Assembly (NCBI RefSeq): GCF_963853765.1
Contig: NC_088862.1
Coordinates: 20,894,001 to 20,958,000 of the forward strand
Length of the DNA stretch: 64,000 bases
DNA from: Magallana gigas
Taxonomy: Eukaryota
Direction of reading: 5' to 3'
The notes under the pieces were generated by a model. That model saw only the letters and a list, made by a program, of their open reading frames with translations. It ran no database searches and was not told where the DNA came from. Positions 51,971 through 64,000 of this stretch are shown here, in pieces. Position 1 is the stretch's first letter. Each line of letters begins with the position of its first letter. The translations under genes and the position numbers were made by a program.

Positions 51971-52578
51971 TTCTAGACTTCGATAATTAGTATTGATGTA
52001 TTTTTCTACAACTTTGGGAATCAAACGCCTTTTCGAATATTTTCTGCCAAAATTTTAAATTGACTTGTTTTATTTTCTTCATATAAGAATTGCTTCGGCA
52101 CCATAATCCCCATCTTGCGTTTCTCATCAAAATGTTTGAGATTGCATTGATAATTTGTTCCAAAAATAACAAAACTAACAAAATATCTTTTTATTAGCAA
52201 AAGATGAACAATTTTCACATATTTCGGTTGACTTGTTTCTAGAAACAAAGCTCTGAACGTCTTTACGCGTTCTGCTTTATATCATAAATTAGAACAGAAT
52301 GCATACAAAATATGCATACAAAACATTATATATATCACAGATAAGAATTATTAGTGAAAAACAATAACAGAATATATAACTATCACAGATCAATGATTCA
52401 GTGTGCACAACACTGTCAACATCCTCTCTCATTGCACATGCGTCATTACGTACGTAATATTTTTCCGCCCAATACAAAAAAACCCCACTCATATTGATAC
52501 CCTTGTAGCCTATAATTTTTATCCACTTCCTGAGGTAAATTTTTATTCACTTTCTGAAGTATCGTTACTGCGCATGCG

Positions 52579-52679
52579 TCAACTCCTACTGGAAGTGGCA
52601 TGTTCGTAGTTGGGTGGCATTGAGAGCTGACTGCCACGTGACTGATTTGGTCTGGAATGCTGTGGTGTAGCGGGGTCCA
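52579..52679 (-). CDS. PY-protein exon 6 (terminal, PPNY); AATAAA at 52542-52547
   Basis: ttttttcag|TG GAC...AGT TGA, DPATPQHSRPNQSRGSQLSMPPNYEHATSSRS*. Confidence 0.8.
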
Positions 52680-55600
52680 CTGAAAAAATATGGGCCACCA
52701 TTACTCAATTTGCATTATTAACATACTTGCGTGTCATGATCTCAAATTGCTGTTGAGAAATTATACACTTAATTTTTAAAACACAAAACACAAATAATTT
52801 ACCATTTACAAGGTGGTGACCCCTGATCATGCCCGGTCGGCTCTCCATCACGTGATATCCGGGGATATTAATAGCCACGCTGTGTTTGAGTGAATCCTCG
52901 TAGCTGGGCGGAAGTTGGCTGGGGGCCTCGTAGGGAGGTGGATTCTGCGGTTGGACAACTGAAAGCAAACACCAAAGTAAAATTTTAAAACATGGCGAGG
53001 CAGTTAGCCAGTGGAATGTTTTTAAATTAATTTCTAAATGAAATCATAATAAGTTAGATTCTAATTGCAAGAAAGACGACTACGGCTATTCACGCATGTA
53101 ATGATATGTCAATTTCATTCCCCGTATCATTTAACTGTTATATACAATATACGTATTGAAGCTTGAAGGGAACTGGAAACTTGCTGACTCCCTCAATGGT
53201 ATACTTTAAATGTTGTATTATACCGACACAAACAAACAATCAGGAAAAGTTCAAATTCATATAATTCTTTGTTTATTCAAGTTATAACGTCAAAATAAAT
53301 ATAATTAAATTGCACGCCTCGGGGAATAGACTTGCTCTGTGGAATCTGCACTCCTTCAACGGTCATTCTTTAATTTTATATTAATTCATATTAATGGTAA
53401 AACACTTTTAAACGCGTATAACGAATTCTCTCTAGCAGAAGTGTCAATTTCATCATCTTGGTGACGTACTATTACGTATTGGATATAACAGAGTACAGTC
53501 TTGTTTGTCCCTAACACTTCACCATAAGTGTGTTTTACTATACACCGTATACTAGTGCTAGAATAATTGCAAAATAAGTTTGCTCTCTCATTTCCTAAGG
53601 ACTGTAGGTCTGTTTACGCACGAATACTGGCTTATGTGAACATACGAATGGTCACTAAGTCAAATACATTACTTTTCCACACAAATAAAACCCCTTAAAG
53701 ATATTCAATTAGAGAGTTTAGTCTATAATTTCAACCACATTTCCTTTCCCTAAAGGTGTTAAATCAGGATGTTGAAACGAATACAAATGAAATTAAAACT
53801 CTTTTTTTAACTATGTAGAACATAACAATATCCAATGTACACAGCATTGAAGTCCCAGTATTAGCCTAAATATTAGATAAACACGGTAGTCAGTCAAATA
53901 TCCTGGTACAGCAACATTGTCTACTTTGTAACAGGATGTTGATCATATCATTCAATTTGCTAAGTATGGATCTTTTTTTTTGTTCCTGTATCTGAAGATA
54001 GTTTTCTCACCTATTGCTAGCGTATATTAGCAATGATAAGAATTATCGCATTTTCATTTCAATTGATGATTAAATGATACTATTTTAGGCTAAATGATTA
54101 TTAAGGGTATCAAAACGCTTTTATTTCTAAATCTACCTAAATGATAATCATCATTGCAATGTACGCAACCTTTAACATCAGCAACGATTTGGTTACAGTG
54201 GTGTTTTTTTCTCCTGAAATTATCCGTTTGACACTTTATGTAATTTACTTATGATTTAACTACTTACTTTTTTCTTACCCAAATCACCACATAATGTATA
54301 CCTCCTCTCATAACACCTTTCCAGACAATTTTCATTTTTTGCTATAATTATGAACTCAATTTTGATGCAATAATCCTGTGCTTTAACCAGGAATGATATT
54401 TATACAGAGCTATCAATGATGACGTCACTCGAGTAGAGACCCACCTTAAGCCACGATATTATCCCAAATATCAGATAAACACGATAGCCAGTAAATTTAT
54501 ATAGTGTTTCAGATGTAGGAGGAAGCTTGTTGTAGCATAATGTTTTGTTTAGCTTGGATCAAAACTTGTTTCTGAAATTTTGAGGGTAGTTTTCTCAGTT
54601 GGTTAGTGCTTTAGTTCGCACTTTCATTTCTTTGAATTCGTAAACGATATATTCTAAAAATTAAATTAAAATTAATCATATTTATTTATAGTACCTCTTA
54701 ACACACACTGAATTTTATAATATAAAATGAAAATTAAAGATATTTCAATTTGTCAAATGTCAACCATAAGAATAGATTACTTTCGGTGTTAATTCCAGAG
54801 TGATGACCTTTGCCTAACAAACAGAGACACTATGAAATGAGACAAAACCGCACACCTGTATGGAAGATAAGAACTTGCAGGTTATTAATTGTGTGTTTTT
54901 TACGTTCTTCTTTTATAGAAAATAGACAAGTGAAAAGCTGTCAATGTGACAGCAAACCGGGTTTTCTTTTATGTGAACTTTATCCATAATCCATGTCAAC
55001 CCATATCCAGTGAATGGTGTACCCCTATATGCAATATTTTGCCAAAAAGTGACTAAGTTCAAAAGCTGGTATTTTTTTCATAAATTATCAGAAATCAAAA
55101 TCCTAGCAATATGCACACCTCTGATATACCCTATGTACAATTGATCTGCAAAACAACAACTTCCTATCTTGAAATCTGTAGGAGGAGTTATACATAAAAT
55201 GAAGGGACCCTATATGCAATATTTTGCCAAAAGTGACTAGGTTCAAAAACTAGTATTTTTTTCATAAATCATCGGAAATCAAAATCCCAGCAATATGCAC
55301 ACCTCTGATATATGTACAATTGATGTGTAAAACAATAACTTCCTATCTTGAAAACTGTAGGAGGAGTTATCCGTACAATGAGGGTACCCTATACGCAATA
55401 TTTTGCCAAAAAATGACTAAGTTCAAAAGCTGGTATTTTTTTCATAAATTATCGGAAATCAAAATCCTAGCAATATGCACACCTCTGATATATGTACAAT
55501 TGATGTGTAAAACAATAACTTCCTATCTTGAAAACTGTAGGAGGAGTTATCCGTACAATGAGGGTACCCTATATGCAATATTTTGCCAAAAAATGACTAA

Positions 55601-58600
55601 GTTCAAAAGCTGGTATTTTTTTCATAAATTATTGGAAATCAAAATCCTAGCAATATGCACACCTCTGATATATGCACAATTGATCTGCAAAACAACAACT
55701 TCCTATCTTGAAAACTGTAGGAGGAGTTATCTGTACAATGAGGGTACCCTTTTGGCAGCCGCCCGACCGACCGCCCGCCCGCCATTTTCACCATTTTAAT
55801 AACCTGATTTTTCCTTCGGAAAACCCGGTTAAAAACGTTTTTCTTTAGAAAATAAACCAGAGGCTTAATTGATACATGTACAAGTTCTGTAATCTAAAGA
55901 TAGCGAGTTCACATTCAAATGACTTCTAAACTGGTTGGCGTATACATATCGTTAAGAGCGAACGATTTTATAAAATCGTTTACTTAACGAATTTGCACAT
56001 AATGAGATTTAGGTCACTTGTTTCAAGCTAGTGAGAGAGGTTAAACAATTTCACGCTCATGTCTACCTATCTCGGTAAACAAGCTGCAATCAATGTCACA
56101 CAGACGCTTGATATTCCGGACGATAGGTCGATAAGGTGTATTTACCTACTGCCAGAATGACTTGGCATTGTACCAAATTAGGGATATAGTTTACCTTTAA
56201 TACTGTTCAAGTATCGGACAGCTTAATTTCTGTAGTATTGGCCAACACTTTTAAATTACCCTTAAAAGATTGCACTGTTATTAATTTTCATTTTCATACC
56301 ATGCAGCTTTATATATATATATATATAAAAAAATATATGGAGATACATAAGTTTGCATTCAATGAAACAATTAATTCTTATTCCTTTCGAAAATTCTTTA
56401 GATCCCGTTTTAAAGAACAGGACCATATGATAAAACACATTATTATCGAGGCAAAGTTACTTAAAGTATTATAATTTTATATGCTCTACTGCGGAGAACA
56501 TCTGAAAGACGTCTATACTGTGTAATACACTTTAATTTGGGCCTCAAATGACTTATACTGAAATAAACATCTTGATAGATAACTCTATATGGTAAATTGC
56601 TATTTAATACACAAGTCAAGTTAATTTTTGTTGTCCACTTGCCCTATATATATAATTAAGGGGAAAAACCTTTTCTAGCTTTTTCTTTATATTTGTACAA
56701 AATGGGTGAATTTTTTTTTTTTTGAAACATTAAACGAAAGTCTATTTTCATCGATTACAAACATGTCACATGTCTCTCCAAACTACATGAAATTGATGAT
56801 ATGCACTCTGTTTCCGATAGGAAAACGTTTCAACACGTGACTTACCTGCTATTCTGCGCACACGCGTCCTCCGTTTTGACCATTTGTGTTTGTAGTAAAC
56901 AATTACCATAGTAATTAAAACTGTAATGAATAAGCCCAGGGCCACCCTGCAAAAACAAATAATGAATGAATAAAAAAAAGATATGGACGGTTGCCTGTGG
57001 GATAATAATAAGTTTGAATTGTAAATTATACAAAAATGTGATCATTAAATATTTATTTGTCTATTTTTATATACTACACAAATCATGTGATTAAAACCCC
57101 TAAAACTATAAAGCTAACACCAATGGTCACCAAAAAATAGAGTTTTCATACTGCATTTCCTCAGTTTCGAACATTTAATTAAGAGAAAAGGGCTACATAG
57201 AGTTCTATTTATCGCAGTATCAACTATAAGAATGTTGATTAATTAACATTATATAGCGTGCATAAATCTTCATTTGATTGTGGTTACTGATAACAAAAAC
57301 TTGCTCTTTTCGATCTTTATATGCAGTCTGATTAAAAAGGCTGGATGGTTAACAAATTACTCATCAGTTCCACCTTAAAATTTGACGTTTGTTGTTAGCC
57401 ATGAACTATATCATTGAGTCAAGAAAAAAAAACAAATATTTTTTTATTTAAAACATATTTTGAATATATAATCTTCATTCGGCAAACCTCGGCCGATTCC
57501 GTAACGATGAGATACAAATCGGCCGAGGTGTGCCGAGTGGATATTCTTATATATTTATATAGAGCTCTTCATTTTAAGGAGATAACTATGGTCTAAAAAT
57601 GGCCACGCTCACCCAGCCCCCTTAGTAACACGAAGGACGATTAGAATAAAGAAGCTGGTAGAAGGTTTGATTTTAATTGACCGGTTTTTAACCTTATCCG
57701 GTTCGATCTGAACAACTTCGTTTTGCAGTTGTAAATATTGAGGTCTAATTTATGGTTGCCAGTAAATATATCTGATGACGTTTACAATTTTGGGGTAAAG
57801 AATCATTTTGACAAAACACTGATAAATGTAATTACTATTACCCTTAAAATTACACAACAAATGGCTGACAAGAAAAAAGAATTTTGCATTTTGCAATGCA
57901 TATAGCAGATACTAGTAATTAAACTTCCAAAAAGGAACGGAAAATTGTTTGACTTCAAAAATAAGAAACTGGATACCTATCCTGAGCATTATTGGACTAT
58001 TTCTCAAATAGTTTAAAGCATTATCTCTGTTATATTGTTACTATGTAAGGGGTTTAGTGCGACTTGAAAAGAAACCTTGATATTGATATTAAATGCCTTT
58101 GATTCTAGTGATTGTATTACATGGACATTGAAATCTATCTGAAGAACAAATCAAACAGCCATTAGTCAAAGTCTACTCAGCAATCGGCGCTTCCCCGTTG
58201 TCTGTTTGAGTTTCATTCAGTCTGCAAGCATGTCCTATTCTACCGGGGTCTCAATTCTATGGCGGATGGATATCTAGTTACCTGCGGACTTTAATCATCC
58301 GCGTATAAATAGAAACTAAGCAAATATTTCTCCAACGTACAATGTGTTTTTGGCTGTGAATAGAACAAGCTAAGAGGTGTTTTATGTTATAGATTTTAGG
58401 ACATGTTTGTACAATAACATTGGGTATATATACTCATTCCACTGTCAGTATCTCGATAGTGGTTTTTGTGTAGAACCGAAAATTAAATATGTTTAACGGT
58501 TTTGAGTGTGTACTCGCATACCTTAGTATATAGCTGTTCTGTCACCAAACAACCTTTCTCTACGACTTAATACTGGTATTTTTGGTAACAATGTATTATC

Positions 58601-61600
58601 TTTAGTACCAATTTAACGAATAAACATTGAGGTTGGCAGTCTTAGTTTCGAAGTGTTTGTAATATTATTCATTCAGGCAGATTGATTTTGTTTTATTCAA
58701 CTAAGTAAATTAGACTTTATTATGCAGTCCTGAAGAGAATGGATGAAAAAAAATCTAAAATTCATTTACTTTTTGCATGAAAATAAGATTCATGAATCTT
58801 ACCATTGACATACTAAATAATCTAGCTTTAAATGTTTCATTATTAATCTCCTTTTCATGTTACAAATACTGAAAGCAAATAATTGCCAAAATCCAGTAAA
58901 TATTTTAAATCGTTTACTATTCTAGAACCGTTTAATAAATCAATCATTATCAAAAATCCTTAAAATACAAAATCTATGTTCTCTGCTTGATTCTCCGCGC
59001 TATGTACCGGGTATTTCATTGTAAAGGTATCTGAAAAAGTTAACGCTAGAAAAATATTATGAAACTCGTGTTCTTTTGCATCTGGCATTCGTCATTGCAA
59101 TTCATTTGGGTTATTGGTGTTGATTTGTTGTACTATATACATTTGTTGAAAACATGTTGTCTATGATTCTGAGATCATTGATAACGAAGAGTCAATGAAC
59201 TCTATTATCAATATTCTTTCCACGTTTTTTTTGGTCGCCTTCGGGCTTCTGAATTCTGATCACGTGATAAAAGCAAAGTTAAGCTTAACTATACATCGTT
59301 TTAAAATTTTAGCAACCCTTTATTTCTCTCTATTTCAGCCTTTAACATTCTAGGAAATAATTTGCTGAAAAGCTAAATTTTTAGAACCGGAAGTAAAAAG
59401 TAAAACCGGAAGTTGACTTACCAGACATACCAGAAGGTATACCAACAAGAGTCATTGGTCCCGTCTTCATTGCACGCATCTGCAGACTGAAAAGAGAATA
59501 TNNNNNNNNNNNNNNNNNNNNNNNNNNNNNNNNNNNNNNNNNNNNNNNNNNNNNNNNNNNNNNNNNNNNNNNNNNNNNNNNNNNNNNNNNNNNNNNNNNN
59601 NNNNNNNNNNNNNNNNNNNNNNNNNNNNNNNNNNNNNNNNNNNNAAAAATCATACACAATGTAATGTATGAAAATTTCGTCATTATCATAAGGAATAAGC
59701 TAAAAAAAAGAAGAAGAAGCAATACAGATACAACACTAGGACGAGATGAATACATGTCTATTTATTTAATCAAATCTTATTAAAGAAAAGAAGATTAAAA
59801 TAGAAGAGGCTACAGAAAAAAAATTCTTCATTTTACAAAGCCAGATTCCCAACTCGAATTTTTCTGACATTGTTTTGATATTGATCTGCAACTGTAAGAA
59901 CGTCAGCATGTATAGCCTTACAAACATAAAACAATGGAACATACACACACTTTGTATTGTGTTTTTTCAATAGACCCCCACCTTTGTATCAACAAGTGTG
60001 TCGTCAAGTTCACACCTTATGATAATTTCTCTACATGTTGACTCTACGAACGACGGTCTTTTAGATGTTTTTCAATTCACACTGTTACGACGTCATGGAG
60101 TTCATTTAGTTTTGGGTTGTATAAATTGTAAACTAACAAGAATTAGTGTTGAAATGTCGTGGTACATGTATCCTGGTTTATTATTTAGCAACGTGGACTT
60201 TTACAACGATACTATTGGTTATCCAACATTAGCATAATGTTTTGTTATAGAAATTGATAAATTTTATTTTACTGAATTTAAGTTGGTATATATACATATA
60301 TAAATTTATTCATTTTGACTCAATTGTAAATAGAAACTGTTAGTATACTGTTATGTGTAGTGGTAAAGAAGATTCGACCAAGGATATTGCCCTCTTGCCT
60401 TAAATTTAGAGGAAGAACCGTCAGTTTCGTTCATTATATAATATAATTAAGAAATGCAAATGCTCGAATCAATTTTTTATTTTTAAAAAGTAATTCAGGT
60501 ATATTAAGTTCAGGGCAATAGCTCTGTTTAATTACATATATAAAGTAATATTTAATAAAATTTGTATGGCTTATTTGTACTTTAGAAACGGGGATATAAA
60601 ATCACGTGTTCTTGAACAATGGCTTAACTTATTGATATAAACAGGCTGATAATACACTTGTTTATGGAAATCGTTGGATATATATCTTAATCCGTGCTAA
60701 TCCCGGATTAGACAGAAATGAACAATAACAGGTAATGAAAGCCAGAGGGTAACAATAGAACACAATGATATAGGTCTGAGGAATAAAGATCTCTACACTC
60801 ATTCGTCCAGCAGTCACCTCGCTGTGATGATAAACAACAACAAAAGATCTCCAAATACGTAACAACGACATCTGTCGGCAGCAACATGTATAATATATTT
60901 AGTGTCTCTTTAAACGTATTGAGAACTTTCAAGTGGATTAAATAATAAAGTACAAGCGGTGTTGACATTGAATGCAACTAATAGACATATGTTTCTGTCT
61001 TAATTTCATCTATTTTGATTTTAGGTTATTCAATCATTTAAACTAATTATAAAATAGAGCATATTTTCAGCTCAGGTCCTACGTGGCTTTTATAGGTCTT
61101 GAATTTTATTTTTTACAAAATTTGAGGTATTTTTACAAAAATGTGAAATGTTGTATTTATTTTGCGAATGTAAGGGGGGGGGGGGATTTTAAAGAAGTAT
61201 AAGCATGCATGTCTTTACAAAAATTTTGAATATATTATTCATTATAAGCTAATTCATTATAAGCTAATTCAAACATTCCACTGGTTTATGGGGTTTTCAT
61301 TATTATTGAGACTTTTCCATGTTCAAAATGACGTCAATTTTCCAATCGAAAATTTTGAGAAGTAGAAAGAATTTGATTGATGCGGAACTCTGGATCAGCC
61401 AGCAAAAAGTGGGTCATGTTGGAAATAATTTAGATCACATTAGGTACTAGTAAATCGACTATAGGAAGGGGGTCCCTAGCTAATAGCTAAACGTATATAT
61501 TTAATCGTTTTATGGACAATTTCCCTCAATCACGCCAAGTCTACTAGTAGGTTATTTACGTTTTCTATGCTTTTGATTTGATAAGCAACTTGGTTATAAT

Positions 61601-62650
61601 ACGCAATAATTACAACATGGAAAGATTTTTTTTCAGAACGTTATGATTTGACAAACGAGTATCATACTTATATTTTATATCAAATGAAATCTAAGTTTCT
61701 ATAGTCTAGGACATTCAAATTAGACCTACTCTAACATGTCACACACAAACATGTGCATGACCACTTTAAAAAAATGTTTGAATTTCTAATCAAAAAACCC
61801 TGGCAATCAAACAAGAAAACCCCACACCCTTATCCGCTCGCATGTGATTGTGCGCACGTGAGGAGAGGAGTGGGGGGGGGGGGGGGGTAGAGGGCGCATT
61901 TTGCTGATGGCTACGTACGCAAATTCAAGTCGCAGAATAGTTAACATTAAGTTTGGTCACAGTCGCCATTTAATATTCTGATATTTTGCTCTTTTTGATA
62001 AGAACTGAGTTCATCTAACATTCATAGCGCCCGAGTAATATAACAATCGAAGTTGACTCTCCCCTCCCCCCGCCCCAATACATGTCAGGTGTCGCGTCGT
62101 TTCATCATTGTATCCCGAATTACAGTCGATATATTTCCCGAAAGATAAATATTATGCCATAACGGGTCCATTTTCTGGCGTTTATGATGTTTTATTCATT
62201 CAATTACAAAATTATTATTGACCACACGGCAAGGCTCTGTGCGTTAACTCCTTCTACATCTATTGATCATTGGAAATATAACCCATCATTAATTAAGTGA
62301 GAGAGAAAAACTATGGAAAAGACACTCTGACAGACTTGTGAAATGTATAACGTTTCAATGTTTTGAAATACCGTAACTACCTGAAGTTGACATGGCCACT
62401 TTAACATTTATTTATGGATATCGTAAATTTTTTTTATTGAACCCTGTCTCATTAAACCAATTTAATTAAACTAACTCTCGATCATGTCGAATTCATAAAA
62501 TATTTTGTTGAGGGTGTGGGTTGACTTATCGATCAATTTATACTTAGACCAAATTAATGAAGAATTTAATCTTTATGAATTTATTTTTCATATTTCAGTG
62601 AATTCTCATAAAATACTTGCTATTTTTATTGGTCCGTCAAGCACAAATAT

Positions 62651-62708
<58 letters not shown>

Positions 62709-62783
62709 GTACTTTTTTCTCAATATTCAGCAAATTAGACACAATGCTGTAAAATTATAATCGTTGTGACATATACATGTATT

Positions 62784-62831
<48 letters not shown>

Positions 62832-62901
62832 CATGGACACTTACCAGGAGTTGGGGGTGAGAGAGGATCGCCAGTAAGACATAAACACACACATTTTCCA
62901 T
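52579..62901 (-). CDS. Small type-I membrane protein with three PPxY motifs (WBP1/VOPP1/TMEM92-like architecture), 6 exons, 153 aa
   Basis: Exons 62845-62901, 59422-59486, 57613-57620, 56846-56920, 52803-52958 and 52579-52679 sum to 462 nt, with all GT-AG joins in phase. Product: signal-like MENVCVYVLLAILSHPQLL, ectodomain SADACNEDGTNDSC, TM WYTFWYVWGLVLITMVIVYY, basic KHKWSKRRTRVRR, then PPPY, PPSY and PPNY. Confidence 0.75.
52803..52958 (-). CDS. PY-protein exon 5 (PPPY, PPSY)
   Basis: gctttcag|TT GTC...AAT G|gtaaat, QNPPPYEAPSQLPPSYEDSL. Confidence 0.85.
54921..55835 (-). mobile_element. Non-autonomous Helentron-type (HINE / DINE-1 / pearl-like) element carrying ~4 x 180-bp tandem repeats
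   Basis: 12-bp subterminal inverted repeats AACCGGGTTTTC (54955-54966) and GAAAACCCGGTT (55819-55830). Hairpin GCTGTCA-ATG-TGACAGC at 54937-54953, CCGC/ACCG microsatellite at ~55758-55782, array units starting ~55022, 55207, 55386, 55566 and 55746, A/T-run termini. Confidence 0.8.
56846..56920 (-). CDS. PY-protein exon 4 (TM end and basic stop-transfer segment)
   Basis: cattacag|TT TTA ATT...GCA G|gtaagt, LITMVIVYYKHKWSKRRTRVRRIA. Confidence 0.8.
57613..57620 (-). CDS. PY-protein exon 3: 8-nt microexon GGGGCTGG
   Basis: ttctaat...cgtccttcgtgttactaag|GGGGCTGG|gtgagc. It converts phase 2 to phase 1 exactly as required. Confidence 0.65.
59422..59486 (-). CDS. PY-protein exon 2 (mini-ectodomain and TM start)
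   Basis: ctcttttcag|TCT GCA...GTC TG|gtaagt, SADACNEDGTNDSCWYTFWYV(W). Confidence 0.8.
59502..59644. other. Assembly gap (143 N)
   Basis: Run of N starting 15 nt upstream of the PY-protein exon 2 acceptor. Confidence 0.99.
62652..62828. repeat. Facing (CT)n 62652-62704 and (GA)n 62789-62828 microsatellites
   Basis: Direct observation. The two tracts are mutually reverse-complementary. Confidence 0.95.
62845..62901 (-). CDS. PY-protein exon 1 (signal-peptide-like)
   Basis: ATG GAA AAT...CTC CTG|gtaagt, 57 nt, phase 0, matches exon 2. Confidence 0.65.
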
Positions 62902-64000
62902 TCTATGAGGATTTCCTTCTAGTTCGCTGTATTCTCGTAGGACAAACCATTTCCACGACAGTCACCCATTGCTCCAAAAAACACATTCACACTCGATGCA
63001 CTGGTTCCGGTTAAGAAATGGAGAGAGAAAAAACACCACAACACCAGTACGCTCCAAGTTAAAAAAAAAAGGAATTACTGAATAAAAAAAAAAATAATGA
63101 TTTTAAAATTATAGAACTTGGTGTAAATCCCGCTGTCTCATTGATCACGAATAACGAACAAATGGATTTTTTGTAACGGCCTTGGAAGTAAGGATCCGAT
63201 ATATAGCAAAATGGGGGGTTTGCAAAGATAGGTATGAGTGGACCGTCTTCTAGGGTCCCATTTCTGCGTCCATCCGTACAGGGGGGAGCTCGATCCAAAA
63301 CCTAGTCACGTTAAACTACCCGGGGTGTCCTCTATGTACATAGCACTGTGCCGGAATAGGGCTTAATAAAATTCACTGCACGGAGAAATCAATAAAATTA
63401 AATGTACTTTCAATACCAATTTTTTAAAAAAATACCCGCGTGTCGGCGCATGTTTAAAATCTCAACGTTAAAGAGGCGAGCTGTGTGGCTTTCCTGTGTG
63501 AGGATTATATATATTTACAGACGCGATATTAAACTTTGTATAAGGGCCGGACTTTCTTTCTTTCTTCTTTCTTTTAAATGGCACGATTTTGGGATATAAA
63601 TCTCTCCAAGCCACTAACGTTTCATTATTTCTTGAATTTGGCAATTGCTTATTTATTTTCTTTCAGTTAACACCACCATATCTTAAACCTTGGTAAAGGT
63701 AGATATACTCGAAGATAGATATACAATAAAGAAGAAAAATATATCTGAGAATTAAATTAGGTGCACAAAAAATCGTATTACAAACATACTGGACAATCGA
63801 TGCACTGTAGATCTCCTTCTTATGTGGGCTTGGTTGTCGTGGTAATTTTTAGATTTAAATTAATTAAATTTTAAAACTCTCATTAAAAAGGAGAGTTTTC
63901 TAAAAAAAATACCGTAAAGCTAAATTATTAAGATTTATTTCTTCAGTAAATAATGATTATTGCTAAGAAAAACCTTTTTTTTTTAATTTTTAAGGCAATT

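Noticed and set aside
55320-55799. 159-aa ORF with an internal 60-aa repeat
   Set aside because: It is a translation of the 180-bp tandem units (a multiple of 3) inside the Helentron-type element.
60818-60871. 54-nt phase-0 segment (MSLLRIWRSFVVVYHHSE) with AG/GT ends in PY-gene intron 1
   Set aside because: The donor is weak, it is not needed for frame, and the exon at 62845-62901 gives a better signal peptide and donor. It remains unsupported without RNA data.

Overview
AT-rich (intron-rich) invertebrate genomic DNA with two assembly gaps. The repeat types look like those of an oyster-type bivalve, but this is recollection, not a search result. I reconstructed three genes by hand from GT-AG boundaries and codon phase. 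(1) par-3/PARD3/bazooka on the minus strand: 25 coding exons at 9201-47534, 1549 aa if all optional exons are included. It has CR1, three PDZ domains, the aPKC site, a basic lipid-binding region and several frame-preserving candidate cassette exons. (2) An unannotated-looking 153-aa single-pass membrane protein on the minus strand (52579-62901) with three PPxY motifs. Its reading frame closes only through an 8-nt microexon at 57613-57620. (3) An F-type lectin domain gene on the plus strand (2446-4211, 5' end unresolved near a gap) in which the canonical fucose-binding His is replaced by Ile. The rest is TA-flanked MITEs, a Helentron/HINE-type element carrying a 180-bp array, a tRNA-derived SINE, satellites, minisatellites and microsatellites. 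Nearly all ORFs in the supplied track are exon fragments or repeat artefacts.
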